Position numbers and translations under genes: made by a program. From Opitutales bacterium (GTDB taxonomy: Bacteria > Verrucomicrobiota > Verrucomicrobiia > Opitutales > UBA953): a DNA stretch of 58,759 nucleotides. The stretch covers positions 104,631 through 163,389 of the forward strand of contig JBBAUX010000001.1 of NCBI GenBank assembly GCA_040398005.1. Reading direction: 5' to 3'. Shown piece after piece: positions 39,327 through 50,098 of this stretch (the first letter of the stretch is position 1; each line of letters opens with the position of its first letter). The notes under the pieces are model-generated. The model was not told the DNA's origin. It did not search any database and saw only the letters and a list, made by a program, of their open reading frames with translations.

Positions 39327-42300
39327 ATGAGTAAGAAAGTTTTTCAACATCCAATTGCCCAAGAGGGCGAAACTACTGGACCCACCTACTGGCGTAGTCT
39401 CGATGAACGTAACAAGTCGCCCGAGTTCCGGACGCGCGCTGAACGCGAATTCTTGGACGACGCTGCGAACATCTCGAAAGTTGAACGTCGCGAATTTTTA
39501 ATGTTGATGGGTGCATCCTTTGGCTTAGCTGGCTTGGGCCTCGCTGGATGTCGCGAACCACGTAACCATACTTTACCTTACAGCAAACAACCAGAAAACA
39601 CGATTCCTGGTGTCGCCACATATTATGCGAGTTCATTCCCTGGTGAATTAGCCAATCAGCCTCTCATCGTTGAAACTCATCAACATCGTCCGACCAAAGT
39701 TGAGGGAAATCCCAGCCACCGTGCCAGCGGTTCAGCTTCATCAAAATTTGCTCAAGCAAGTGTGCTCGACCTCTATGATCCTGAACGTGCGCAAGTTTCT
39801 ACGGGTGCCAATGGTTCAGTTATTTCAGTTTCCGAAGTGCGTGATTTAATCCGCCAACTCGCCGCTTCTGAAAAAGCGAACGGTGGTGCCGGCTTAGCAT
39901 TCTTAGCTCGTCCGTCTTCATCGCCCACCCGTGCAGCTTTAGTGGCCGCGATTAAAGAAATTTTACCACAGTCTCGTTTTGTTGAGTATACTCCTGTTGC
40001 GCAAAATCGCGCCGAAGTCGCCCTCGGTGCACGCATTTTACCCGACTACGCGCAAGCGCGTCGCATCTTAAGCCTCGATGCTGATTTCTTGAACACGGGT
40101 GACGGTGCTGTTGAAAATACTCGTGCCTACTCCATCGGTCGTCGCGCGGATAATGCGGTCGAAGCCGATAAGATGACTCGTCTCTACGTGGTTGAGTCGA
40201 CTTTTACTATTACGGGTGCCGCTGCTGATCACCGTCTTCGTGCGTCGTCATCACATATTTCTGGTTTAGCGATTTTATTTGCCGCTGAAGTGCTCGCCCA
40301 AACCGGAAATAAATCGGACGCTGCTATTTTAACATCCAGAGTTTCGGGTATTTCTGTTCCCGAAGTTTGGATTAAGGAATGTGTAGTTGATTTGGTAGGT
40401 GCTAAGGAAAAAGCACTCATCGTTGCGGGTGATCATCTTTCGGTTGATGCGCATCGCGCTGTTTATTTAGCGAACCAAGCACTCAATGCTGCGATTCGCG
40501 TTGTTGAGTCCAATGCATCCGCCTCGAATTCGATTGCCGAATTAGTCGTACAACCTGCTAACACTTTAATTATTTTAGGCGGTAATCCTGCTTATGATGC
40601 TCCGGGTGATGTCGATTTTGCGAAAGCAGTGAAGTCGGCTAAAAATGTTGTTCGTCTCGGTTATCATGGTCCAGCCTTTGACGAAACTTCGGCCTTAGTG
40701 AAATCATTCGGTGGCACCGTCATTGCTGCCTCACACTATTTAGAAAGTTGGTCCGATGGTCGCACGCTCGATGGTACTTATGTGCCCGTGCAGCCCATGA
40801 TTGAGCCACTCTTTCCGACGCTCTCGGAGCTCGATGTCCTAGCTCCGTTTGCCGGAAAAAATCAAGAGCCCTACGCTTTGGTTCGCGAAACCTTTAATCG
40901 TCTCGCCAAAAATAATTCCGACTCCGCCTTTGCTGCGTGGTTGGCCGAAGGTGTTCTCGCGGAAACTTCAAGTGCCACGAAGAAAATTAAATTAGATGTC
41001 GATAGCGTCGGAAAATTTACCGCTCCACCATTATCGTTCAGCTCACTCGAAGCACGTATTTTACCGAGCGTCCATACGGGTGACGGATTATACGCGAACA
41101 ACGGTTGGTTAGCAGAAGCACCCGATCCCATGTCGAAGACTTCATGGGAAAACGTCATTCTCATCAGTCCTAAACTTGCGGCTAAACTTGATATCGAACC
41201 CAGTATTGGCGTTATCCAAAAAATCGGTGCGCTCAATCGGAACATTAATCAGATAATCGACGGTAAACTCATCGCACACTACGCTAAATTAACCCTCAGC
41301 GGTACCAGCATCAAAGGACCTCTCTTTATCATGCCTGGTATGGCTGATTTCACTGTGGGTCTGCAATTAGGTTTTGGCCGTACGGTTGCTGGCCGCGTCG
41401 CCACTCGGGTGGCTGAAAGATTACAAGGTAAAGTGGTGGGTAACGGTTTCAACGTTTACCCATTTGTTACTTCGCAATCCGCCGCTGTTCGCACGGGCGT
41501 AACTTTAGAACTCACCGGCGAAAGTCTTCCGGTTTGTAATACGCAAGATCACTGGTCGATGGAAGGTCGCGACGTGGTGCGCGAAGGAAACGCTGAAGAT
41601 TTACATCATAACGAGAACTTTGCGAAACTCGGAATCGATGGACACGCTCCAGCGGTTTACGGAAAAGACGAAAAACTTTCGGCGGCCGAAAAAGCTGTGC
41701 TCACGCCACGTGGAAATTCTGCGTATGAGCATCCTGATCACTCCGTGGCTCCCAACGTCGCCGTTTGGCAAGGTCACGAGAGTGAATTCCCGGTGCAACA
41801 GCAGTGGGGAATGTCGATCGATTTAAATACCTGTACGGGTTGCAATGCTTGTGTGACTGCCTGTCAGGCGGAAAATAATATTCCAGTCGTGGGACGCGAC
41901 CAAGTGTTGAAGGGTCGTAACATGCATTGGATTCGTCTCGATCGTTACTTCTTTGACGGTCGCGCTCAAGCAGGCACCGCGATTCCTGAAGATCCCCAAG
42001 TGACTTTCATGGGTGTCGCTTGTCAGCACTGTGAAACCGCTCCTTGCGAAACAGTTTGTCCGGCTAACGCCACGGTGCACGACGACCAAGGCCTCAACAC
42101 GATGGCTTACAATCGTTGTATCGGTACTCGTTACTGCGCTAATAACTGTCCGTACAAAGTTCGTCGCTTTAATTTCCTCGATTATAATAAACGCGAAGCG
42201 GGTCACTATTACGAAGGACCTCTCGGACCTGCTAAATTACCGAAAGACCCCGCTGACCTTCCGCAGATGCAAAAGAATCCTGACGTTTCAGTACGTATGC

Positions 42301-42704
42301 GCGGCGTGATGGAAAAATGCACTTATTGCGTACAACGTATTCAAGAAGCGAAAATCCAAGCGAAAGTTCGGGCCAAAGATTCTGCCAATCACCGCGTTGC
42401 TGATGGTACGATTCAAGTCGCTTGCCAACAAGCCTGCCCAGCGGAGGCGATTGAGTTTGGTGATATCACTGATCCGAACTCACGTGTGGCTAAAGCGAAG
42501 GCTTCTACCCGTACCTATGGAGCTCTCACTTATTTAAATACTCGTCCACGTACCACCTACCAAGCGAAGTTACGTAACATCAATGCACGCATGCCAGGTG
42601 CAAATCGTGTTCCGCTCTCGCGTAAGGAAATGGCTGGAAGAGAAGGGCAGAGTAGTCCGGAGCATGGTGCACCGGCTTATAAATCTGAAACACACTCCAA
42701 GTAA
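39327..42704 (+). CDS. actB: Alternative complex III molybdopterin-oxidoreductase-like / Fe-S subunit
   Basis: YWRSLDE, Tat RREFL then LAGC, RPTKVEGNP; CTGCNACVTAC, CQHCETAPCETVCP, CIGTRYCANNCP, CTYC. Confidence 0.95.
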   Translation: MSKKVFQHPIAQEGETTGPTYWRSLDERNKSPEFRTRAEREFLDDAANISKVERREFLMLMGASFGLAGLGLAGCREPRNHTLPYSKQPENTIPGVATYYASSFPGELANQPLIVETHQHRPTKVEGNPSHRASGSASSKFAQASVLDLYDPERAQVSTGANGSVISVSEVRDLIRQLAASEKANGGAGLAFLARPSSSPTRAALVAAIKEILPQSRFVEYTPVAQNRAEVALGARILPDYAQARRILSLDADFLNTGDGAVENTRAYSIGRRADNAVEADKMTRLYVVESTFTITGAAADHRLRASSSHISGLAILFAAEVLAQTGNKSDAAILTSRVSGISVPEVWIKECVVDLVGAKEKALIVAGDHLSVDAHRAVYLANQALNAAIRVVESNASASNSIAELVVQPANTLIILGGNPAYDAPGDVDFAKAVKSAKNVVRLGYHGPAFDETSALVKSFGGTVIAASHYLESWSDGRTLDGTYVPVQPMIEPLFPTLSELDVLAPFAGKNQEPYALVRETFNRLAKNNSDSAFAAWLAEGVLAETSSATKKIKLDVDSVGKFTAPPLSFSSLEARILPSVHTGDGLYANNGWLAEAPDPMSKTSWENVILISPKLAAKLDIEPSIGVIQKIGALNRNINQIIDGKLIAHYAKLTLSGTSIKGPLFIMPGMADFTVGLQLGFGRTVAGRVATRVAERLQGKVVGNGFNVYPFVTSQSAAVRTGVTLELTGESLPVCNTQDHWSMEGRDVVREGNAEDLHHNENFAKLGIDGHAPAVYGKDEKLSAAEKAVLTPRGNSAYEHPDHSVAPNVAVWQGHESEFPVQQQWGMSIDLNTCTGCNACVTACQAENNIPVVGRDQVLKGRNMHWIRLDRYFFDGRAQAGTAIPEDPQVTFMGVACQHCETAPCETVCPANATVHDDQGLNTMAYNRCIGTRYCANNCPYKVRRFNFLDYNKREAGHYYEGPLGPAKLPKDPADLPQMQKNPDVSVRMRGVMEKCTYCVQRIQEAKIQAKVRAKDSANHRVADGTIQVACQQACPAEAIEFGDITDPNSRVAKAKASTRTYGALTYLNTRPRTTYQAKLRNINARMPGANRVPLSRKEMAGREGQSSPEHGAPAYKSETHSK

Positions 42705-42725
42705 TTCTCACTGAATTTTTAATCC

Positions 42726-44135
42726 ATGGCTCACGCCCCTGATCATTCTTCTGAACGTCCTGCAATACTCGATAAGGTAAATCCTGCCGAGTTGCCCCGT
42801 GCTAAACTCATTCTCAATGACCGCGGCTTTCATTGGATCACCGATAAAGTTTGTGGCATTGTCGAAGAGCCCACGCCTCTCTGGTGGAAAGTTCTTTTTA
42901 CGGTAGCACTTTTCGTCGCATCTTTCACGGGTGTTGGATTATTTTACCTCGTTTCAACGGGAACAGGTGTTTGGGGTTTACGTGCCCCGATTGGTTGGGG
43001 TTGGGCGATTGTTAACTTCGTTTTCTGGGTCGGTATCGGTCACGCGGGAACTTTGATTTCTGCGATTCTCTGTTTGCTTCGCCAAAAATGGCGTACCTCG
43101 ATTAATCGTGCAGCTGAGGCGATGACGATTTTCGCCGTGATGTGTGCCGGTATTTTCCCGCTCTTCCACGTCGGTCGTGTTTGGTTTGCTTGGTGGCTCT
43201 TCCCCATACCTAATCAAAATGCAATTTGGCCACAGTTCCGTTCTCCTTTAGAGTGGGACGTTTTTGCAGTTTCGACTTACTTCACGGTTTCCTCTTTATT
43301 CTGGTACATGGGCATGGTGCCTGACTTTGGTACGATTCGTGATCGCGCAACTACATGGTGGAGAAAAGCTTTCTACGGCGTCTTGGCGATGGGCTGGCGC
43401 GGCGGCAATCGTCAGTGGTCCAACATGGAAATGGCGTATCTCTTGCTCGCTGGTTTATCCACGCCGCTCGTTCTTTCCGTGCACACCATCGTTTCGTTCG
43501 ACTTCGCAGTCTCGAACGTTCCCGGCTGGCACACGACTATCTTCCCACCTTACTTCGTGGCGGGTGCCATCTTCTCGGGCTTCGCGATGGTGTTAACGTT
43601 GATGCTGCCACTGCGTGCGATTTATCGCCTGCATGATGTAATCAATCAGTACCACATCGATAACATGTGTAAGATTATTTTAGCGACTGGTACGATGGTT
43701 GGTTACGCTTATGCCACGGAGTTCTTTATTGCTGCTTATTCTGGTAACGTTTACGAAAAGTTTGCCTTCGTGAATCGTGCCTTCGGTCAATACGCGTGGG
43801 CTTACTGGATCATGGTTTCTTGTAACGTGATTACGCCTCAACTTTTCTGGTTTAAGAAGATTCGCGAAAATCACTCTCTCGTTTGGATTATTTGCCTATT
43901 CGTGAACGTCGGTATGTGGTTCGAACGTTTCGTTATTACCGTGACCTCGCTGGCGAACGACTATCTGCCATCGAGCTGGGGATATTACAGCCCGACCATC
44001 GTGGATATCTTCACCTTCTTCGGCACCTTTGGTTTCTTCTCGGTGCTCTTCCTGCTCTTCGTGAGATTCTTCCCGCTTCTGCCGATGGCCGAGCTGAAGA
44101 TGGTCTCACCTCACTCCGATATTCATCAACATTAA
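42726..44135 (+). CDS. actC: Alternative complex III NrfD/PsrC-type quinol-binding subunit
   Basis: [45 protein letters not shown]. Confidence 0.95.
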   Translation: MAHAPDHSSERPAILDKVNPAELPRAKLILNDRGFHWITDKVCGIVEEPTPLWWKVLFTVALFVASFTGVGLFYLVSTGTGVWGLRAPIGWGWAIVNFVFWVGIGHAGTLISAILCLLRQKWRTSINRAAEAMTIFAVMCAGIFPLFHVGRVWFAWWLFPIPNQNAIWPQFRSPLEWDVFAVSTYFTVSSLFWYMGMVPDFGTIRDRATTWWRKAFYGVLAMGWRGGNRQWSNMEMAYLLLAGLSTPLVLSVHTIVSFDFAVSNVPGWHTTIFPPYFVAGAIFSGFAMVLTLMLPLRAIYRLHDVINQYHIDNMCKIILATGTMVGYAYATEFFIAAYSGNVYEKFAFVNRAFGQYAWAYWIMVSCNVITPQLFWFKKIRENHSLVWIICLFVNVGMWFERFVITVTSLANDYLPSSWGYYSPTIVDIFTFFGTFGFFSVLFLLFVRFFPLLPMAELKMVSPHSDIHQH

Positions 44136-44151
44136 TTTGACGTCACGAACC

Positions 44152-44694
44152 ATGAATGAACGCAATGAAAGTATCCACGGTGTCGCTTGCACCTTCCGCA
44201 AGCCGGCTGACGTCTATCACGCTGCGGAAAAAGTACGTGATGCCGGTTGGAAATATTGGGACGTACATTCGGCCTATCCGATTCACGGCTTGGACAAAGC
44301 GATGGGCCTGCCACGATCGAAAATACCTCGTCTGACTTTATTAGGTGGGGTTACTGGTTTCATCACCGGTTGTTTACTTACCTGGTATATGAATTCCTAC
44401 GACTACCCACTGATTGTCGGTGGTAAGCCATTATGGAGCCCCATCTTCCCATTCCCCATCATGTACGAGTGCACGATTCTCTTCGCGGCCTTCGGTACAT
44501 TCTTCGGTCAATTCATTTTAAATCGTCTCCCTCAACATCATCACCCTTTATTCGATCTTCCGCAGTTTGCGCGCACGTCGGATGACTCGTTCATGATTGT
44601 TTTAGAAGCTCGTGATTCCAATTTCCATTTAGATGAATCTCGTAACTTCTTACTCTCCTTAGGGGGTCAAGAAATCACCGTTATTCGCGACTAA
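44152..44694 (+). CDS. actD: Alternative complex III subunit D (DUF3341)
   Basis: DVHSAYPIHGLDKAMG, YPLIVGGKP, YECTILFAA. Confidence 0.93.
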   Translation: MNERNESIHGVACTFRKPADVYHAAEKVRDAGWKYWDVHSAYPIHGLDKAMGLPRSKIPRLTLLGGVTGFITGCLLTWYMNSYDYPLIVGGKPLWSPIFPFPIMYECTILFAAFGTFFGQFILNRLPQHHHPLFDLPQFARTSDDSFMIVLEARDSNFHLDESRNFLLSLGGQEITVIRD

Positions 44695-44700
44695 TCCACC

Positions 44701-45417
44701 ATGAGCCGCTACCTTACATTTCTTGCTATCGTTGTTGTTGCTGTGATTGGCTTCCTGGGTTTCCAAGGAAAGACCTCTAAGCAAACTCCGATTTATGTTT
44801 TCGATGATATGGACTATCAGTCGAAATATAAAGCTCAGGGCGAAAACACTTTCTTCGCCGATGGACGTGATGCGCGTCCGCCTGTGGCTGGATCCGTTGC
44901 TCGTGGTACCGGTCTCGAGCCGACCAAAATTTTTTCCGCGGAATACCGTCGTGCTGAATCACTCAATGCGTCGTTCGTTACTGGAAAAGATGAGAAGGGT
45001 AATTTCCTCTTAGATTTCCCAGCAAAGAGTCTTACCTTTTTATCGTCGGGCGAATTACAACCCTACACGATTGACAGTAAAGTTCTGGAATTAGGTCGGG
45101 CCAAATACCAAATTTATTGTGCCGTGTGCCACGGACAAGCCGCCGATGGTAATGGCATTATGAAAGTGCGTTCAGCCATCGAAGGGGACATCGCGATCAA
45201 CACGATTGCTAATTTACAAACGGCTACCTATCGCGCTTATCCCCAGGGCCAAATTTACGACGTCATCAACAACGGTAAAAACACGATGATGCCTTATGGC
45301 GATAAACTTTCACCTGAAGAACGCTGGGCCGTCGTCGCTTACTTACGCGCCTTGCAACTTTCTCAGTTCAGCCCACCAGAAATCACTCCTGCCTCCATCA
45401 AGGCCACCGCCAAATAA
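44701..45417 (+). CDS. actE: Alternative complex III monoheme cytochrome c
   Basis: DMDYQSKYKAQ, FFADGR, CAVCHG, MMPYG, ERWAVVAY. Confidence 0.92.
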   Translation: MSRYLTFLAIVVVAVIGFLGFQGKTSKQTPIYVFDDMDYQSKYKAQGENTFFADGRDARPPVAGSVARGTGLEPTKIFSAEYRRAESLNASFVTGKDEKGNFLLDFPAKSLTFLSSGELQPYTIDSKVLELGRAKYQIYCAVCHGQAADGNGIMKVRSAIEGDIAINTIANLQTATYRAYPQGQIYDVINNGKNTMMPYGDKLSPEERWAVVAYLRALQLSQFSPPEITPASIKATAK

Positions 45418-45423
45418 TTCGCC

Positions 45424-46692
45424 ATGAGCGCTTCTCCTTCCCGTTTATCTTCACATTGGACAACCTTCGTTGCCCTCGGCTTTGTCGCCTTGGTTGCCGT
45501 GTGGTCATTTGCCTTCCTGGGTTTGGGCGAACACCATCATCGTCCCGCACTCTCGGTTTTGGTCGGTTCCTTGTTTTGGATCTCTACTTTAATCGGTATG
45601 CTCATGTTGATCATGATTACGCGCGTGTTCGACGCGGGTTGGGCTCCGATTATTCGCCGCTCTTGGGAGTTTATGATCAGCGCTTTACCGGTAGTGCTTC
45701 TATTAGGGGTCGCTCCTTTAGCATTCATTCCTGAGTTTCGTCACATTCTTTGGGACTGGACGGACGCTTCACATATTTTGCCCAGCGGACACGAAGTCGG
45801 GCACGATCCTATCCTTCGGGCAAAAAGTTGGTTCCTTAATGAAAACTTCTTCCTCATCCGTATCGTTGCTTACACCCTCTTTTTCGGAGTGATCACTTGG
45901 GCTCTTCGTCACTGGTCTTTTAAACAGGACAAAGAACGCACCGCACAACATACGCATACCTTGCACGCTGTTTCTGCCGTGGGCATTCCTGCGAGTGCCG
46001 TTATGCTGACCTTGCTCGCGTTCGACTGTTTAATGGCCCTTTCTTATCACTGGTTCTCGACGATGTATGGTGTGTGGTTTTTCTCCCTCTCGATTCGCTT
46101 GGCCTTAGCTGCTACCGTGATTTTCACCTATCGATTATCCAACGGCGGTTGGCTCGATGGACTTCTTAATCAAGCCCACCGGCACGTACTCGGTTGTCTC
46201 ATGCTCGCCTTCACCGTTTTCTGGGCGTACATCAGTTTTTCTCAGTACTTCATCATTTATAACGCCAATATTCCTGAAGAAACTTTCTGGTATAACCTGC
46301 GTGAATTTAACCCCGTCACGGGTTTGAAAAGCGATTGGTGGGGTGTATCGATGTATCTTATTTTCGGATTCTTTTTCCTGCCCTTTCTTTTACTTTTATT
46401 CTATCGCGCAAAAATTGTTGCCCGTCGATTACTCACCATCGCCTGGATTATTTTTGCGGGTGGCATTGTAGATCTCTGGTTCAACGCCGTACCCCGTCAA
46501 ATCGTCGATAAGACTGCGCCTGAAGGTTTTACGGTATCACCCTTCATCAGTGGCTATCTCGCCCTAGACCTGCTCGCGATTGCTGGTTTCGGCTGCTTAG
46601 TCATCGGATTATTTTTACGTGCCTCCACCCAGGCAGAAACTATCCCCGTCCACGACCCTCGTATTCTCGAGTCTATCAATTACCATGAGTGA
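45424..46692 (+). CDS. actF: Alternative complex III membrane subunit F
   Basis: WFSTMYG, FTVFWAYISFSQYFIIYNANIPEET; polytopic. Confidence 0.92.
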   Translation: MSASPSRLSSHWTTFVALGFVALVAVWSFAFLGLGEHHHRPALSVLVGSLFWISTLIGMLMLIMITRVFDAGWAPIIRRSWEFMISALPVVLLLGVAPLAFIPEFRHILWDWTDASHILPSGHEVGHDPILRAKSWFLNENFFLIRIVAYTLFFGVITWALRHWSFKQDKERTAQHTHTLHAVSAVGIPASAVMLTLLAFDCLMALSYHWFSTMYGVWFFSLSIRLALAATVIFTYRLSNGGWLDGLLNQAHRHVLGCLMLAFTVFWAYISFSQYFIIYNANIPEETFWYNLREFNPVTGLKSDWWGVSMYLIFGFFFLPFLLLLFYRAKIVARRLLTIAWIIFAGGIVDLWFNAVPRQIVDKTAPEGFTVSPFISGYLALDLLAIAGFGCLVIGLFLRASTQAETIPVHDPRILESINYHE

Positions 46693-47443
46693 TAATTCTT
46701 CTAATGGAGATCGCCCTTTAATTCCTGGCCAAGTTGCTTCTTGGTTAGGTATTTTAGCCTTCGTTTTCGTCGCCATCTTCGTCATCGCCTACGCGTATGT
46801 TGCCTTCAGTCCTAAAACCAATTCTGACACTGAGCGCCGTATTGCCGAAAAAGCACTGCGCGCTGATACGGAATCAAAAGCGAAAGGCTTAATTTCTGCC
46901 ACCGGTTTTAATAGTGACGGAACTTATCGTGTGCCGGTCGAAGTAGCGATGTCGCTCATGGCGGCTGATCCAGACTTAGTAAATAAAATGCGCAGTTACT
47001 CTGCACCCGGTCCATCGGCACCTTCGCCCGTAACCCTAAAATCTGAAGCACCTAAAGTGGCTGATGAAGAAGTGCTCAAGCGCGGCTTAGCTGTGTATTC
47101 TCGAACCTGTATTGCTTGTCACCAACCCACGGGTAAAGGACTCCCCCCCGTTTTTCCTCCTCTAGCTGAATCGCCCATTGTGAATGGTGACGCCACCCTA
47201 TCTGTTAAGTTCATTCTTCATGGATTAATGGGACCTGTTACCGTCGCAGGAACAACTTACAATAGCATGATGCCTGCTGTTGCCGGTGTGAGTGACCAAG
47301 ATATTTCTGACGTTCTCACTTATGTACGCGCCAGTTTTGGTAACAATTCAGGTCCCGTGAATGTTGAACAAGTTAAAGCCGTTCGTGATGCCAACGCCTC
47401 ACGCAACACACCTTGGACCACTGCCGAATTAGGCCTTAAATAA
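46685..47443 (+). CDS. Membrane-anchored monoheme cytochrome c
   Basis: ATG 46685 overlaps the actF end; one TM; CIACHQ...FPPL...MMPA. Confidence 0.88.
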   Translation: MSDNSSNGDRPLIPGQVASWLGILAFVFVAIFVIAYAYVAFSPKTNSDTERRIAEKALRADTESKAKGLISATGFNSDGTYRVPVEVAMSLMAADPDLVNKMRSYSAPGPSAPSPVTLKSEAPKVADEEVLKRGLAVYSRTCIACHQPTGKGLPPVFPPLAESPIVNGDATLSVKFILHGLMGPVTVAGTTYNSMMPAVAGVSDQDISDVLTYVRASFGNNSGPVNVEQVKAVRDANASRNTPWTTAELGLK

Positions 47444-47457
47444 TTTTATAATCTTCG

Positions 47458-48831
47458 ATGAGCCAGGACTATCACCGCCAAGCACATTCTTCCCCAAGCG
47501 ATACAGGAAGCAGCCTGCCTGTTCGTTTATTTTTTGCCTCCGCTTTGGGTTGGTTAATTATTTCATCCGTTCTCGGACTCATCGTAAGTTTAAAATTACA
47601 AACTCCTACTTTCATGGCCGGTTGTGAGTGGTTCACTTATGGTCGCTTAGAAGTTCTTCAGCGTAATGCTTTCACTTACGGTTGGATTGCGAATGCCATT
47701 TTCGGTGTGAACTTATGGATCATGTCCGCACTAGCTCGCTTCGAATTTAAAGACAGTTGGTTGGCGGTCTGTGGTTGGTTGGGCTGGAATTTGGCTCTGA
47801 CTTTAGGACTCGGGGCAATTTTTCTCGGACACCTCAATGGCTACGCACTTTTAGAAATGCCCAAGGAGGTAGCTCCGGCCTTATTCATTAGTTTTCTCTT
47901 GGCTGCTCTCTGGCCTGCGGTTGCCTTTGTGCGTCGTCCTACCGGACACGTCTTCGTGTCACAGTGGTACATTATCGGTGCGTCCTTTGTCTTCCCCGTA
48001 GCCTTTGGTATCACCCAGTTGCTGGTTCTTTGGTATCCGACATCCGGAGTGCTTCAGGCGCTCATCCATAGTTGGTTCATCCAAAATATCCAATTACTCT
48101 GGATCGGGGCTTCGGCGATTGCTGCGACTTATTATTTCATCTCCAAGGAGTCGGGTCGCACGATCTCGGCTTACTATTTGGCCACTGTCGGATTCTGGAC
48201 CTACTTCCTTTTTGCGGGTTGGACGGCTCCTGCTTCATTACTCGGCGGTCCCATTCCTGTTTGGATTCAATCCGTCGGCGTGACTACTGCACTCATGATG
48301 TTAGTTCCGGTAATTATCCTGGGGATTAATTTCTTTGGGACACTTTCTTACAGTCGCGGATTTGCTTACGCTTGGAATAACACGACCCTCCGCTTCGTCT
48401 TAGTCGGTATGGTCAGCTTCGTGGTTTCTTCCGCATTAAATATTCTTTTCTCTACCCGCTCGCTGAATGCGGTTGTTCGTTTCACCGATTTCACCGTCGG
48501 ACAGCAGCAGCTCGTCAATTACGGTTTCGTATCGATGGTCTTCTTTGGCGCCGCTTATTATATTCTGCCACGCGTCACGGGTTCATTCTGGCCGTCGGCA
48601 AAACTAGTTCACCTCCACTTCTGGTCCTGTGTTATCGGAGGTCTCGGATTGGCTCTCCATCTTTTAATCTGTGGTTACCCCACGGTTAATAGCGGAGTCA
48701 TGAGCTATTATTACATCCCCGTTATCTTCTTCGTACTTTTAGAATTGGTGGGACACCTCGCCTTCGCGATTAATTCACTCGTCATGCTCTTCGCTTCTGC
48801 GCGAAATACAAACGACAACACTCACGCTTAA
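47458..48831 (+). CDS. cbb3-type oxidase subunit I (CcoN)-like protein lacking all metal-ligand histidines
   Basis: CcoN scaffold (SLKL..P, TYGRL, LEMP, GGPIPVW, FTDFTVG, YYILPR, LHFW) but the His motifs read VLQRN, FIQN, APAS and GQQQ. Confidence 0.85.
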   Translation: MSQDYHRQAHSSPSDTGSSLPVRLFFASALGWLIISSVLGLIVSLKLQTPTFMAGCEWFTYGRLEVLQRNAFTYGWIANAIFGVNLWIMSALARFEFKDSWLAVCGWLGWNLALTLGLGAIFLGHLNGYALLEMPKEVAPALFISFLLAALWPAVAFVRRPTGHVFVSQWYIIGASFVFPVAFGITQLLVLWYPTSGVLQALIHSWFIQNIQLLWIGASAIAATYYFISKESGRTISAYYLATVGFWTYFLFAGWTAPASLLGGPIPVWIQSVGVTTALMMLVPVIILGINFFGTLSYSRGFAYAWNNTTLRFVLVGMVSFVVSSALNILFSTRSLNAVVRFTDFTVGQQQLVNYGFVSMVFFGAAYYILPRVTGSFWPSAKLVHLHFWSCVIGGLGLALHLLICGYPTVNSGVMSYYYIPVIFFVLLELVGHLAFAINSLVMLFASARNTNDNTHA

Positions 48832-48843
48832 ATTCCCCTGAAC

Positions 48844-49395
48844 ATGAAGGACTTTAATCTCATTCTCTCCGGTATTTTCTTCACCTTAGCAGCTTCCTTC
48901 GGTGGTTTGCTGATTAGCAGTGAAGTCCAATTGGGATCTTTAGGCCGTGCACCCGCTGAAGAGGGTGGTCCGCTTTTTCCTGCAATTGAAACAGGTTTAG
49001 CGATTCAAGGTCGCCAAGTTTATCTCGAATTAGGCTGCGTCACCTGCCACACGCAACAGGTGCGTCCGGCCGGACAAGGAAACGATATTGCGAAGGGCTA
49101 TGCTCCTCGCCCGACTGTCGCCCGCGACTACGTTCTCCAGACTGAATTACTCTTAGGTAACCATCGTAACGGGCCCGACCTCGCGAACTACGGTGCTCGT
49201 GCTAAGTCCGATGACGAAATTCATGGCCACCTTCGCTCACCTGCCGCAGGTAGCACGATGCCTGCCTACAATTTCCTATACACAGTCGACAAAAATGGCG
49301 TCACTCAACCCACCGAGCGCGCGCAAGCCTTGGTCGCGTATTTAAAATCTCTCCATATCGACTACAATTCGCCTGAAGCGAAATTGAAACAGTAA
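48844..49395 (+). CDS. cbb3-type subunit II (CcoO)-like monoheme cytochrome c
   Basis: GRQVYLELGCVTCHTQQVRP, RNGPDLAN, STMPAYNFL. Confidence 0.9.
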   Translation: MKDFNLILSGIFFTLAASFGGLLISSEVQLGSLGRAPAEEGGPLFPAIETGLAIQGRQVYLELGCVTCHTQQVRPAGQGNDIAKGYAPRPTVARDYVLQTELLLGNHRNGPDLANYGARAKSDDEIHGHLRSPAAGSTMPAYNFLYTVDKNGVTQPTERAQALVAYLKSLHIDYNSPEAKLKQ

Positions 49396-49399
49396 TCCC

Positions 49400-50077
49400 A
49401 TGTCACAACATTCTCAAAATAACGATAAGCCCAACCGCTCCTTTGGTGAGCAGGGTAATCTTTCCGATAGTCGCCTCGTCGAGATTCACTCGCACCTCGC
49501 CCGCGATAAAGAGGAACCTGCTGAGGGTTTTTCCATGCTGCCTATCGTAATCGTATTTATCTTTTGTGGATTTGGTTTCTGGGCCGGTGTTTATCTGACC
49601 CGTAATTCGGGTGAATTTTCGGCGAGCACATTCGATCTCGATGCACCTAAATTAGTCGCCAACATGGGTCCTGTGGTTTTTGAGCCTGATCTCGTTAAGG
49701 GTGAAAAACTTTACATTCAAAATTGTGCCGCTTGTCACCAAGCCACCGGCTTAGGCGTCGCTGGTGCCTTTCCACCCATCGCTGGTTCTCCTTGGCCTGT
49801 GGGCAAGGAAGAGCGCGTGATCAAAATCGTCCTCGCTGGCTTAGCGGGTGAAATCGAAGTGAAGGGTCAAAAGTACGTCGGCAATATGTCCAACATCGGC
49901 GCCGGCCTCAAAGACGCTCAAGTTGCTAATATCATCTCTTATGTTCGTTCGGCTTGGGGTAACCAAGGTGGCCCTGTCATGGACACTAAGGTGGCTGAAG
50001 TGCGTAAAGCTATCGGCGCCCGTGGTCAGTACAGCGGTAAAGAAATTCTCGATCAGCACCCGTTAGAATCTAAATAA
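49400..50077 (+). CDS. Membrane-anchored monoheme cytochrome c
   Basis: One TM; CAACHQATG, FPPIAGS, YVRSAWGN. Confidence 0.9.
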   Translation: MSQHSQNNDKPNRSFGEQGNLSDSRLVEIHSHLARDKEEPAEGFSMLPIVIVFIFCGFGFWAGVYLTRNSGEFSASTFDLDAPKLVANMGPVVFEPDLVKGEKLYIQNCAACHQATGLGVAGAFPPIAGSPWPVGKEERVIKIVLAGLAGEIEVKGQKYVGNMSNIGAGLKDAQVANIISYVRSAWGNQGGPVMDTKVAEVRKAIGARGQYSGKEILDQHPLESK

Positions 50078-50098
50078 GAGATAATAAGATTTATAAAC

